Of a DNA stretch of 64,000 nt, positions 37,087 through 47,094 are shown piece by piece (within the stretch, counting starts at the first letter, position 1; each line of letters opens with the position of its first letter). The notes below the pieces were generated by a model. That model was not told the origin of the DNA. It was given only the letters and a program-made list of their open reading frames with translations, and made no database searches. The position numbers were made by a program, and so were the translations under genes. The DNA lies in NCBI RefSeq assembly GCF_055900595.2, contig NZ_CM148325.1; one strand, written 5' to 3'.

Positions 37087-37707
37087 TTAGAGGATTTCCA
37101 GCAGTTCGACTTCAAACACCAGGGTGCTGAACGGAGGGATGGACGCGCCTGCGCCACGCTCGCCATATGCCAGTTCCTGCGGGATAGTCAGTTCCCATTT
37201 AGAACCTACCGGCATCAGAGTCAGTGCTTCAATCCAGCCAGGGATCACGCCGTTAACCGGGAATTCAGCTGGCTCGCCGCGAGCGACGGAGCTGTCAAAC
37301 ACGGTGCCGTCGATCAGTTTTCCGGTGTAATGAACACGAACGCGGTCGGTACGTGCCGGAATTGCGCCTGCACCCTGGTTGATCACGCGGAATTGCAGGC
37401 CAGATTCGGTGCTATTCACACCTTCTTTTTTGGCGTTTTCTTCCAGGTATTTCACACCTTCAGCAGCCATCGCCTGGAAACGCTGACGACGAACGGCATC
37501 GGCGCGTTCGTGGATTTCACGCAGCGCGCGGTGCACCACATCAACCGGAACAGCCGGATGTTTGCCTTCCAGCGCATCGGCAATGCCTGCAACCAGTGCT
37601 TCTGGCAGCAGCCCTTCCAGGCCTGATTCACTCAGTTGTTGCCCTACCTGCAAACCAATGCCGTAGCTTGCTTGCGCTTCGATGGTGTCAAAAGTTGGGG
37701 TGGTCAT
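37087..37707 (-). CDS. fklB: FKBP-type peptidyl-prolyl cis-trans isomerase
   Basis: ORF-track start 37866 trimmed to [20 protein letters not shown], giving 206 aa; FKBP domain. Confidence 0.9.
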   Translation of the reverse strand: MTTPTFDTIEAQASYGIGLQVGQQLSESGLEGLLPEALVAGIADALEGKHPAVPVDVVHRALREIHERADAVRRQRFQAMAAEGVKYLEENAKKEGVNSTESGLQFRVINQGAGAIPARTDRVRVHYTGKLIDGTVFDSSVARGEPAEFPVNGVIPGWIEALTLMPVGSKWELTIPQELAYGERGAGASIPPFSTLVFEVELLEIL

Positions 37708-37924
37708 CGTATTTCCTTTCTTAGGGTATAAAGTAGCGGGCAGCATATCAGCCACACTTCTTTGGGTAAAACTTTGTCGCGGGAATGATGACAAATCCCG
37801 GGGAAAAAGAAACAATAGCAATATCCCGTATGAATATAATAAAGGCGGGTTTACCACGGACATCATAGCGTTAGCTTATTCATAGGCTATGATTGAGGAA
37901 CAAGACGCGGAGCAGGAGGAAACC

Positions 37925-38563
37925 ATGCCCGGGCGCTTTGAACTAAAACCAACCCTGGAGAAAGTCTGGCACGCGCCGGACAATTTTCGCTTCATGGACC
38001 CGCTACCGCCGATGCATCGTCGGGGGATCATTATTGCCGCTATTGTATTGGTGGTCGGATTTCTACTCCCGTCTGATGATACGCCAAACGCGCCGGTGGT
38101 GACGCGTGAAGCACAGTTAGATATTCAGTCGCAATCACAACCGCCGACAGAAGAACAGCTGCGGGCGCAATTAGTCACACCACAAAATGATCCTGATCAG
38201 GTGGCTCCGGTCGCTCCAGAACCGATACAGGAAGGCCAACCGGAAGAGCAGCCGCAAACCTCGCAAGTGCAACCTTTCCAGCCAGATAGCGGAATTGACA
38301 ATCAATGGCGCTCTTATCGTGTCGAACCCGGTAAAACAATGGCGCAGCTGTTCCGCGACCACGGACTGCCCGCTACCGATGTCTATGCAATGGCGCAGGT
38401 AGAAGGCGCAGATAAGCCACTGAGTAATTTGCAAAATGGGCAGATGGTGAAAATCCGCCAGAACGCCAGCGGCGTGGTGACGGGCTTAACCATTGATACG
38501 GGAAATAATCAACAGGTCCTGTTTACCCGCCAGCCGGATGGCAGTTTTATTCGCGCGCGGTAG
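37925..38563 (+). CDS. ytfB: OapA/LysM-domain cell-division-associated protein
   Basis: Start trimmed to [15 protein letters not shown] (about 212 aa); TM anchor, Pro/Gln-rich linker, C-terminal OapA-like domain. Confidence 0.75.
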   Translation: MPGRFELKPTLEKVWHAPDNFRFMDPLPPMHRRGIIIAAIVLVVGFLLPSDDTPNAPVVTREAQLDIQSQSQPPTEEQLRAQLVTPQNDPDQVAPVAPEPIQEGQPEEQPQTSQVQPFQPDSGIDNQWRSYRVEPGKTMAQLFRDHGLPATDVYAMAQVEGADKPLSNLQNGQMVKIRQNASGVVTGLTIDTGNNQQVLFTRQPDGSFIRAR

Positions 38564-39194
38564 ATGAAGGGTCAACCAGAAGCCAGCTAAGGATCGTCTC
38601 TTTGATGACCTTACGCCTGGCTTCCAGTGCCTGCGGTGAAACCATACTGATGTGATAAACCAGGCCAAGCGTATGTTGGTTGATCAAATAATATCCTCCA
38701 AGAGCAGCAATATTAATATTCACCTGCAACGGGTCGATATCTGGCTTAAAAATATTGCGCCGTTTGCCTTCAGCTAATAATGACTCCATTAACTGTAAGT
38801 GTGCGTGGTTAATTTCTAAAAGGCGCTGTGATTTTGCATAATGCACCCCTTTACTCTGGTTTTCACTATGCACAATTTTTAAAAACCAGGGGTTAGCAAT
38901 GTAATAATCCCAGGTGAAATCGATAATTTTCTCAATGGCTTTTTGTGGCGGAAGACCTGAGAAATCAAGGGATTTTTCTTTTTGCCGAATATCATTCCAG
39001 GTATATTCCAGCACTTCGATAAATAAATTTTCTTTATTACCAAAGTGATGATAAACCGTCTGTTTACTGCACTCCGCGGCCTTGACGATATTATCGACTC
39101 TGGCCCCTTCGTAACCATATTCGGCAAATTCATTAACCGCACATAACAACAGCTTTTCCTTCAGGCTTTGTACGTTGCTGGTATCAAGATACAT
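38547..39194 (-). CDS. TetR/AcrR-family transcriptional regulator, divergent from the island operon
   Basis: N-terminal TetR HTH ([45 protein letters not shown]); ATG at 39194 favoured over the GTG at 39254; occupies the position of K-12 ytfA. Confidence 0.7.
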   Translation of the reverse strand: MYLDTSNVQSLKEKLLLCAVNEFAEYGYEGARVDNIVKAAECSKQTVYHHFGNKENLFIEVLEYTWNDIRQKEKSLDFSGLPPQKAIEKIIDFTWDYYIANPWFLKIVHSENQSKGVHYAKSQRLLEINHAHLQLMESLLAEGKRRNIFKPDIDPLQVNINIAALGGYYLINQHTLGLVYHISMVSPQALEARRKVIKETILSWLLVDPSSTARE

Positions 39195-39299
39195 TCCGCT
39201 TCCCCACGTCTTCTTCGTGATGACTATCTTAACCCGATTTGTTAGAAGCTCCACTAAAATGGCTAAAAACTCGCAATTTCATCGGGTTATCAAATGCTC

Positions 39300-39315
39300 T
39301 GTGATCATTATCGCA
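39300..39315. promoter_or_regulatory. CRP-like site TGTGA-N6-TCGCA in the divergent promoter region
   Basis: One mismatch to the TGTGA-N6-TCACA consensus; read by eye. Confidence 0.3.
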
Positions 39316-39316
39316 T

Positions 39317-39338
39317 ATCAACCAACTAGATGGTTGAT
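39317..39338. promoter_or_regulatory. Perfect inverted repeat ATCAACCA-N6-TGGTTGAT; candidate operator for the TetR-family regulator
   Basis: 22-bp palindrome between the divergent regulator and SDR genes, about 70 bp upstream of the SDR start. Confidence 0.4.
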
Positions 39339-39405
39339 CTTTCTTGCCACACATTGCAAGCTAATCGTCACTTAAGGAAATAATATTCAAAAAGAGGGTT
39401 ATTGT

Positions 39406-40197
39406 ATGAAGTCAACACGTCCTGTTGCTGTCATCACTGGAGCCGCACGTGGTATTGGAAAGGGCTGTGCACTGGAACTTGCGCGTGGCGGATTTAATCT
39501 GCTGATTAATGATCGTCCGGATGCCGACAGCGTAGAAAAATTACATGCCACACAACAAGAATGTCTGGCGGAAGGCGTGGAAGTGATTTGCTTCCCTGCT
39601 GATGTTGGCGATCTCTCCCTTCATGAAGAGATGCTCGACGCGGCGCAAAACCAGTGGGGACGTCTGGACTGTCTACTCAACAACGCAGGCATTTCAGTGA
39701 AAAAACGCGGTGACCTCCTCGACCTCGAACCAGACAGCTTCGACCAAAACATTGCCATTAACACCCGTGCGCCGTTCTTCCTTGCTCAGGCATTCAGTAA
39801 GCGATTACTGGCACAGCCGAAACCGGAAGCAGAACTGCCGCACCGCTCGATTATTTTTGTCAGTTCCATAAACGCCATCATGCTGGCGATGAATCGCGGC
39901 GAATATACCATTGCCAAAACTGCCGTCTCCGCCGCAGCTCGCCTGTTTGCCGCTCGCCTTTGCAATGAACAAATTGGCGTTTATGAAGTGCGCCCTGGCC
40001 TAATCAAAACCGATATGACCATTCCGGCAACGGCTTATTACGACGAACTGATTGCTAAGGGGTTAGTGCCGTGGGGACGTTGGGGTTATCCGGCTGATAT
40101 TGCCTCAACGGTCCGCGCGATGGCGGAAGGCAAACTGATTTACACCTGTGGTCAGGCGGTCGCCATCGACGGCGGCTTAAGTATGCCGCGCTTCTGA
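39406..40197 (+). CDS. Short-chain dehydrogenase/reductase (SDR)
   Basis: 263-aa ORF with the TGAARGIGKG Rossmann motif; AAGAGGG Shine-Dalgarno upstream. Confidence 0.75.
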   Translation: MKSTRPVAVITGAARGIGKGCALELARGGFNLLINDRPDADSVEKLHATQQECLAEGVEVICFPADVGDLSLHEEMLDAAQNQWGRLDCLLNNAGISVKKRGDLLDLEPDSFDQNIAINTRAPFFLAQAFSKRLLAQPKPEAELPHRSIIFVSSINAIMLAMNRGEYTIAKTAVSAAARLFAARLCNEQIGVYEVRPGLIKTDMTIPATAYYDELIAKGLVPWGRWGYPADIASTVRAMAEGKLIYTCGQAVAIDGGLSMPRF

Positions 40198-40206
40198 GGC
40201 TGAATC

Positions 40207-41049
40207 ATGAGAGATCTGTTACAACGCCCGGATTTATTCAGTATCAATACTGCGACACTGGGCTATAAAACACCGCTACCTGCCATTATTGATGCCTGCG
40301 CCGCACGCGGTATTGGCGCGATTGCCCCCTGGCGCAGGGAGTTACAGGGTGAAGATCTCCAACAAATCGCCCGCCAGCTTGCTGCCAGTAACATGAGCGT
40401 TTCCGGTTTGTGCCGTAGCACCTATTACACCGCGCCGACGCTGACGGAACGCAAACTGGCGATTGATGATAACCGCCGGGCGCTGGACGACGCCGCTGTA
40501 CTAAACGCCGCCTGTTATATGCAGGTGGTTGGCGGTCTGCCAATGGGAACAAAAGATCTGTACGAAGCGCGGGAACAAGTGAAACAAGGGATTCGCCAGT
40601 TGCTGCCACATTCGAAAGATGTCGGCGTGCCAATTGCGCTGGAGCCGCTGCACCCGATGACAGCTGCCGATCGCTCTTGCCTGTGCACGTTACGTCAGGC
40701 GCTGGACTGGTGTGATGAACTCGATCCCGATGGGGAGTTTGGCCTCGGCGTGGCGGTAGATGTCTACCACGTTTGGTGGGATCCGGATCTCGCCAGTCAG
40801 ATCCTGCGTGCCGGAAAACGCATCCTCGCGTTTCATGTTTCCGACTGGCTGGTGCCAACCACCGATTTAGTCAATGACCGGGGAATGCCGGGAGATGGCG
40901 TAATCAATATTCCGTCTATTCGTCGCCAGGTAGAAAATGCCGGATTTAACGGTGCTGTGGAACTGGAAATTTTCTCACCGTACTGGTGGCAGCAAGATAT
41001 TAACAGCACGTTGGATATTAGCGTCGATCGCATCGCGCATTATTGCTAA
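40207..41049 (+). CDS. Sugar phosphate isomerase/epimerase-like TIM-barrel protein (xylose isomerase-like fold)
   Basis: 280-aa ORF whose length and motif pattern fit the xylose isomerase-like TIM barrel family; 9-bp gap after the SDR gene. Confidence 0.65.
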   Translation: MRDLLQRPDLFSINTATLGYKTPLPAIIDACAARGIGAIAPWRRELQGEDLQQIARQLAASNMSVSGLCRSTYYTAPTLTERKLAIDDNRRALDDAAVLNAACYMQVVGGLPMGTKDLYEAREQVKQGIRQLLPHSKDVGVPIALEPLHPMTAADRSCLCTLRQALDWCDELDPDGEFGLGVAVDVYHVWWDPDLASQILRAGKRILAFHVSDWLVPTTDLVNDRGMPGDGVINIPSIRRQVENAGFNGAVELEIFSPYWWQQDINSTLDISVDRIAHYC

Positions 41050-41052
41050 GGA

Positions 41053-41835
41053 ATGATCATGAGTGACCAACCCGTTCTGTTCAGCAGAGCGGCGGCTTCC
41101 TGCCGCCTGACATTGAACCGTGAAGATAAATGTCATGCTATTAATGAAGAAATGATCGAATCTCTCGACCATTATTTAAATGAAATTGAAAACGACACCA
41201 CATTACGATTAGTCGAATTAACGGCAACCGGCGATAAATTCTTTTGTGCGGGCGGCGATATTAAATCGTGGTCGGCCTATTCGCCATTAGATATGGGCAG
41301 AAAATGGATTAAACGCGGCAATGACGTTTTTAATCGCCTGCGCAACTTACCCCAATTAACGGTTGCGAATCTCAACGGTCATACCATCGGCGGCGGTATT
41401 GAACTTGCCTTGTGCTGCGATATTCGTATTGCCCGCCCCAGTGCGAAATTCTCTAATCCGGAAGTAATGCTCGGCATGGTGCCTGGCTGGATGGGCATTG
41501 AACGCGTGCTTAATCAGGTCGGTCCGGTGGTCGGTCGCCAGATGCTGATGCTGGGTAAACGCCTGACGGCGCAGGAAGCTCAGGCGGCGAATTTAATTGA
41601 TGAAGTGGTAGAAAAAGAACAGGTGGAAAGCTGGATGGCGAATCAGTTAGCGCAGCTGGAAAAATGCGGTCCGGTGGCGCTCGCACATATCAAGCAACTG
41701 ATTCTGGCTCTAGAAAATAAACATGCTGATTACCCGCACCAGTTACTGGCTGGATTAATGTCCGCCACTCAGGATTGCCAGCAGGCGACGCGCGCATTTG
41801 CCGAAAAAAGTAGCGTGAGCTTCCAAAATCAATAA
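41053..41835 (+). CDS. Enoyl-CoA hydratase/isomerase (crotonase) family protein
   Basis: 260-aa ORF with FFCAGGDIKSW and GHTIGGGIELALCCD crotonase motifs. Confidence 0.75.
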   Translation: MIMSDQPVLFSRAAASCRLTLNREDKCHAINEEMIESLDHYLNEIENDTTLRLVELTATGDKFFCAGGDIKSWSAYSPLDMGRKWIKRGNDVFNRLRNLPQLTVANLNGHTIGGGIELALCCDIRIARPSAKFSNPEVMLGMVPGWMGIERVLNQVGPVVGRQMLMLGKRLTAQEAQAANLIDEVVEKEQVESWMANQLAQLEKCGPVALAHIKQLILALENKHADYPHQLLAGLMSATQDCQQATRAFAEKSSVSFQNQ

Positions 41836-41844
41836 GGAAATTGT

Positions 41845-43386
41845 ATGCGTAAGATAACAACCGCCGAGACACTGGCGGCGCAAATTCAGGACGGCGCAAC
41901 CATTGCCATTAGCGGTAATGGCGGCGGCATGGTGGAAGCGGACCATATTCTGGCTGCTATTGAAGCGCGTTTCCTGCAAACCGGACACCCGCGCGATCTG
42001 ACATTAATCCACTCACTGGGCATTGGCGATCGCGACTGCAAAGGCACTAACCGCTTCGCTCATGCAGAGATGCTCAAACGCATCATTGCCGGACATTTTA
42101 CCTGGTCGCCCAAGATGCAGGATCTGGTGAAAAACAATGCTATTGAAGCCTACTGCTTCCCTGGTGGCGTAATTCAGGCACTGCTGCGGGAGATCGGTGC
42201 CGGACGTCCAGGGCTTTTTACCCACGTTGGGCTGGGATCGTTTGTTGATCCGCGCAACGGCGGCGGTAAGTCGAACGCTAGCAGCACTGAGGATCTGGTA
42301 GAACTGATTGAAATCGACGGTGAAACCAAACTTCGTTATCGCCCCTTCAAAGTGGACTACGCGATTTTGCGTGGCACTTATGCCGATCCGCGTGGCAACG
42401 TCAGCCTCGAAGAAGAGGCGATTGATATGGATAGCTATTCCATGGCGCTGGCAGCACACAACAGCGGCGGCAAAGTGTTCGTACAGGTGCGCGATGTGCT
42501 GGAAGCTGGTGCCATTGAACCACGCCGGGTCAAATTACCGGGCATTCTGGTTGATGGCATCGTTGAACACCGCGAACAACCGCAAACCTATCTTGGCGGT
42601 TACGACCTGACCATCAGCGGTCAGCATCGCCGTCTAAGTTCTAACGACGCAATTGAACTGGTTAGTCATCCGGTGCGCCGCCTGATTGCCCGTCGGGCAG
42701 CACGCGAACTGGTGGCTGGCGCTTCAACCAACTTTGGCTTTGGCATTCCCGGCGGCATTCCTGGGGTTGCACTGCGCGAAGGCGTGCCTTATCAAAGTTT
42801 ATGGCTGAGCGTAGAACAGGGTGTACATAACGGCATGATGCTGGATGATGCTCTGTTCGGCTGCGCCCGCAACGCCGATGCCATTATTCCATCACTCGAT
42901 CAATTCGAATTCTACAGTGGCGGAGGGATCGATATCACCTTCCTCGGCATGGGAGAGATGGATCAGTACGGTAACGTCAACGTCTCCCATCTCAATGGCA
43001 ATCTCATTGGCCCCGGCGGATTTCTCGAAATTGCGCAAAACGCCCGTAAAGTGGTGTTCTGCGGCACGTTCGACGCCAAAGGTAGCACGATTGATGTAAC
43101 ACCAGATGGCTTGCATATCGCCCAGTCAGGTCAAATCCCTAAACTGGTTACCCAGGTGGAAAAAATCACTTTTAGCGCCGCCTACGCACAGCAAAGCGGT
43201 CAGGAAGTGTTGTATATCACTGAACGTGCAGTATTCCAGTTAACAGCAGAAGGCGTTGAATTAATTGAAATCGCACCAGGTGTGGAGATTGAGCGCGACA
43301 TTCTGCCGCATATGGCCTTCCGTCCAATTATCAATCAGCCACGCCTGATGGAAAGTAGCCTGTTTACGCCGATGGAGGATGCATGA
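41845..43386 (+). CDS. CoA-transferase family protein (fused alpha/beta, family I-like)
   Basis: 513-aa ORF with Gly-rich motifs typical of acyl-CoA:acetate/3-ketoacid CoA transferases and citrate lyase alpha-like proteins; 4-bp overlap with the next gene. Confidence 0.65.
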   Translation: MRKITTAETLAAQIQDGATIAISGNGGGMVEADHILAAIEARFLQTGHPRDLTLIHSLGIGDRDCKGTNRFAHAEMLKRIIAGHFTWSPKMQDLVKNNAIEAYCFPGGVIQALLREIGAGRPGLFTHVGLGSFVDPRNGGGKSNASSTEDLVELIEIDGETKLRYRPFKVDYAILRGTYADPRGNVSLEEEAIDMDSYSMALAAHNSGGKVFVQVRDVLEAGAIEPRRVKLPGILVDGIVEHREQPQTYLGGYDLTISGQHRRLSSNDAIELVSHPVRRLIARRAARELVAGASTNFGFGIPGGIPGVALREGVPYQSLWLSVEQGVHNGMMLDDALFGCARNADAIIPSLDQFEFYSGGGIDITFLGMGEMDQYGNVNVSHLNGNLIGPGGFLEIAQNARKVVFCGTFDAKGSTIDVTPDGLHIAQSGQIPKLVTQVEKITFSAAYAQQSGQEVLYITERAVFQLTAEGVELIEIAPGVEIERDILPHMAFRPIINQPRLMESSLFTPMEDA

Positions 43387-45455
43387 GTCAGCTTGATGAC
43401 ACCCTCCTTGATGCGCTGACGCACGTCACTTTCCCGAAGGGTTTTGCACAGGCAGAACCCGCATGGGTTGTCACGGTAGACGGTGTTGATTACCCACTCT
43501 GGCAAACAGATGCCCTGGTAGTCGGCAGTGGTGCAGCCGGGCTGCGTGCAGCTGTGGAACTTAAGCGCCGCCAGCAAAATGTGCTGATCGCCACCGCCGG
43601 GTTATATATGGGGACATCGGCATGTTCTGGTTCCGATAAACAGACGCTGTTTACCGCCGCTACCGCGGGCAACGGCGATAACTTCGCCAAACTGGCAGAG
43701 GCACTGGCGAGCGGCGGCGCAATGGATCACGATACCGCTTATGTTGAAGCGGTTGGTTCCCTGCACACTCTTGGCGGGTTGCAATATCTTGGTCTGGAAT
43801 TACCGGAAGATCGCTATGGCGCAATTCTTCGTTATCAAACCGACCATGACGAAGCCGGGCGAGCAACCTCGTGTGGGCCGCGGACCTCAAGGTTAATGGT
43901 GAAAGTACTGCTGGAAGAAGTACAGCGTCTCGCCATTCCAGTGTTGACCAGTGCAACAGTAATTAAACTGCTGCATCAGCGTGACGAAAACGGTGAAGAC
44001 CGCGTGGCGGGGGCAATCCTCGCGACCGGTCATCGTGCCCATAACCCATGGGGGCTGGCAATTGTGACTGCGCCCAATGTGGTACTGGCAACAGGAGGGC
44101 CTGGCGAGCTTTATCGTGACAGTGTGTACCCACACAAATGTTTCGGCTCGCTGGGGCTGGCGCTGGAAGAAGGTCTGACGTTAACGAATCTGACCGAAAG
44201 CCAGTTTGGTATAGGCACGCCGCGCAGCACCTTTCCGTGGAATTTATCCGGGACTTATGTACAGGTGATCCCATACATCTATTCGGTGGATGCCGGGGGC
44301 AACGAGTATAACTTCCTCGCAGATTACTATCGCACCACCCAGGAGCTGGCTTCAAACATCTTCCGTAAAGGCTATCAGTGGCCGTTTCACGCCACACGAG
44401 TGATGGATTTTGGCTCCAGCTTGTTAGATATGGCAGTAGCGCAAGAGCAGCAATCAGGACGTCAGGTATTTATGGATTTCAATCGCAATCCTGAACCTGT
44501 GCCGGGTGACCTGCCGTTCTCATTAGATCGACTGGACGACGACGTTCGCGCGTATCTGGAAAATAACGACGCTCTGGCACCATCGCCCATCGAACGACTG
44601 CAACGAATGAATCCGCTGTCTATCTCGCTGTATAAGATGCACGGTTACGATCTCACCACGCAGCCATTGCAGTTTGCCATGAATAATCAGCATATGAATG
44701 GCGGCATTGAAGTGGATATCTGGGGGCAAACCTCCCTGTCCGGCTGTTTCGCCGTGGGGGAAGTTGCTGGCACACACGGCGTCACTCGCCCTGGTGGTGC
44801 GGCATTGAATGCCGGGCAGGTTTTTGCTGTTCGTCTGGCACGTTTTATTGGTTGCACGCAAAAACGTAATATTGATGGAGATATAGCACAGCTGGTAGCT
44901 CCGGCACTGGCTTCTATAAGAGAGATCATTACTCAGGCGCACGATAACGGGACCGGGATGCCGTTGTCGGTTGTGAGGGAAAAAATTCAGGCACGAATGT
45001 CTGACCATGCGGGATTTATTTGTCATGCCGATAAAGTCCGACGCGCCACTCGTGATGCCCTGCTATTGAACGAATTTGTGCAACGGCATGGATTGGCAAT
45101 CAAACATGTGGGTGAAGTTGCCGAGCTGTTTATGTGGCGGCATATGGCGCTGACTTCTGCCGCGGTATTAACACAATTAACGCATTATATTGATGCTGGT
45201 GGTGGTAGCCGTGGGGCGCGTATGGTTATTGATCCACAAGGCAAATGCCTACCACAAACTCGTCGCGGCGCAAAAGAAGAATGGCGTTTTCGCTCTGAAC
45301 TCGCTGAAGACAAAAATCACAAATTAACAATTCAATATTCGCAAGGTTCTTTTATTACCGAAGTAAAGTCTTTACGTATGCAACCGTGTATTAACGGTAT
45401 TTACTTTGAAAAAAACTGGCCAGACTTTTTAAAGGGAGACATTTACACACAGTAA
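43383..45455 (+). CDS. FAD-dependent oxidoreductase of the succinate dehydrogenase/fumarate reductase/L-aspartate oxidase flavoprotein family, with a C-terminal extension
   Basis: 690-aa ORF with N-terminal VVGSGAAGLRAA dinucleotide-binding motif and C-terminal GEVAGTHGVTRPGGAALNAG motif. Confidence 0.7.
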   Translation: MSQLDDTLLDALTHVTFPKGFAQAEPAWVVTVDGVDYPLWQTDALVVGSGAAGLRAAVELKRRQQNVLIATAGLYMGTSACSGSDKQTLFTAATAGNGDNFAKLAEALASGGAMDHDTAYVEAVGSLHTLGGLQYLGLELPEDRYGAILRYQTDHDEAGRATSCGPRTSRLMVKVLLEEVQRLAIPVLTSATVIKLLHQRDENGEDRVAGAILATGHRAHNPWGLAIVTAPNVVLATGGPGELYRDSVYPHKCFGSLGLALEEGLTLTNLTESQFGIGTPRSTFPWNLSGTYVQVIPYIYSVDAGGNEYNFLADYYRTTQELASNIFRKGYQWPFHATRVMDFGSSLLDMAVAQEQQSGRQVFMDFNRNPEPVPGDLPFSLDRLDDDVRAYLENNDALAPSPIERLQRMNPLSISLYKMHGYDLTTQPLQFAMNNQHMNGGIEVDIWGQTSLSGCFAVGEVAGTHGVTRPGGAALNAGQVFAVRLARFIGCTQKRNIDGDIAQLVAPALASIREIITQAHDNGTGMPLSVVREKIQARMSDHAGFICHADKVRRATRDALLLNEFVQRHGLAIKHVGEVAELFMWRHMALTSAAVLTQLTHYIDAGGGSRGARMVIDPQGKCLPQTRRGAKEEWRFRSELAEDKNHKLTIQYSQGSFITEVKSLRMQPCINGIYFEKNWPDFLKGDIYTQ

Positions 45456-45547
45456 TTTTCAATATTTACTCTGTACCTGATTTTTATTGCCTATTACATG
45501 GAAATACCAACAACCAGGGTTTATTAATATAATTAAAAGGTTTAAAA

Positions 45548-46825
45548 ATGAATAAAATAAAGAATTATCGATGGCATATGATTGCCCTCGTATGCTTTAT
45601 CACTGTAATCAATTATCTGGACAGAACGGCGTTAGGTATTGCGGCTCCAACGATTATGGAGACAACCGGAATAACCAAAGAACAATATTCATGGATTGTC
45701 AGTGCATTCCAGTTGGCCTATACATTGGGGCAACCGGTAATGGGCTTCTTTATTGATACCGTGGGTCTGAAGTTAAGTTTTGCGATATGTGCCGCAATCT
45801 GGGGCCTGGCGACAATGGGGCATGCCTTGACAGGAACATGGTCAGGTCTGGCATTTATGCGCGCCCTGATGGGTTTCAGCGAAGCATCGGCAATTCCTGC
45901 GGGTGTAAAAACCGCATCAACATGGTTCCCGGCAAAAGAGCGTGGCGTGGCGACAGGTGTTTTCAATATGGGCACCTCACTCGGCGCGATGCTTGCTCCA
46001 CCGTTGATTGCCTGGTGCATTATGTTTCATAGCTGGCAATTTGCGTTTATTGTCTCAGGTAGCCTTGCTTTACTCGCGGCTTTATTTTGGTTCTTTTGTT
46101 ATAAAGATCCAAAAGATGCTAAACGCCTTTCTGATGAAGAGCGCCACTATATTGAGTCTGGGCAAGAACAGCATCTTAAAACAGATAAGAAAGAAAAAAC
46201 GTCAATCAAGCATATCCTCAGCCAACGTAATTTCTGGGGGATTGGCATCGCGCGTTTTCTCGCTGACCCGGCATGGGGAACCATTAACTTCTGGGTACCG
46301 ATTTTCTTCGTCGAAACGCTGCATTTTAGCCTGAAAGAAATTGCCATGTTCGTCTGGCTGCCTTTCCTGCTGGGCGATCTCGGCTGTTTAGCCAGTGGTT
46401 TTGTCGCGAAGTTCTTCCACGATCGCGGCGTGAGTTTAATTAACTCACGAAGAATTACCTTCACTATTGCAGCCGTCATTATGATGACGATTGGTCTGGT
46501 GAGTATTGTCGAAAATCCCTACATCGCCGTATTACTGATTAGCATTGGCGCATTCTCGCATCAATGTCTTTCTACTGTTGCAGCAACTCTGGGCGGTGAC
46601 CTATTCAAAAAAGACGAAGTAGCTACCGCTGTGGGTATGGCAGGAGCCTGTGCATGGAGCGGTCAGTTGATTTTCAACCTGTTTATCGGGGCATTCGTTC
46701 ACATTATTGGCTTCGCGCCGTTCTTTATTGCCCTGGCTTTCTTTGACATTATTGGTGCTATTGCGTTGTGGACGCTTATCAAAGTTAAAGATGAAGAACC
46801 ACAAGTACAGTTAGCTACCCACTAA
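45548..46825 (+). CDS. MFS transporter, anion:cation symporter (ACS) family, ExuT/GudP-like (acidic sugar or organic acid uptake)
   Basis: 425-aa 12-TM ORF whose N-terminus (NYLDRTALGIAAPTIME) resembles hexuronate/glucarate transporters. Confidence 0.8.
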   Translation: MNKIKNYRWHMIALVCFITVINYLDRTALGIAAPTIMETTGITKEQYSWIVSAFQLAYTLGQPVMGFFIDTVGLKLSFAICAAIWGLATMGHALTGTWSGLAFMRALMGFSEASAIPAGVKTASTWFPAKERGVATGVFNMGTSLGAMLAPPLIAWCIMFHSWQFAFIVSGSLALLAALFWFFCYKDPKDAKRLSDEERHYIESGQEQHLKTDKKEKTSIKHILSQRNFWGIGIARFLADPAWGTINFWVPIFFVETLHFSLKEIAMFVWLPFLLGDLGCLASGFVAKFFHDRGVSLINSRRITFTIAAVIMMTIGLVSIVENPYIAVLLISIGAFSHQCLSTVAATLGGDLFKKDEVATAVGMAGACAWSGQLIFNLFIGAFVHIIGFAPFFIALAFFDIIGAIALWTLIKVKDEEPQVQLATH

Positions 46826-47094
46826 TTATTTTAAATAAAAACGCTATAATTGAGGTTATGGCGTTTTTAAAGAAGCTTGAGTTATCGAACCTAGCTTACC
46901 AACGCGTTGTCAGTCATCTCCCCCCTCCCTGGTGCATCGTTATATCCGTGATGAGCGATTTTTGATATTAATATCTTTCACCATCCGCTATTTTCACCAC
47001 TTCAGAAAACAAACTTATTTTTATTAATATCAATTCTTTTTCTTTGAACATTCAACTGCGATATTTGTAAAAATATTAAACAGGCAACAATAAA

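Noticed and set aside
37045-37626. 193-aa plus-strand ORF overlapping fklB
   Set aside because: Antisense to the strongly supported fklB frame; no known motif.
38547-47094. Searched the island boundaries for integrase, transposase or IS inverted repeats and for a tRNA target site
   Set aside because: No recombinase-like ORF, IS terminal repeats or tRNA gene recognisable by eye; the island is not evidently a mobile element, so no mobile_element feature is reported.
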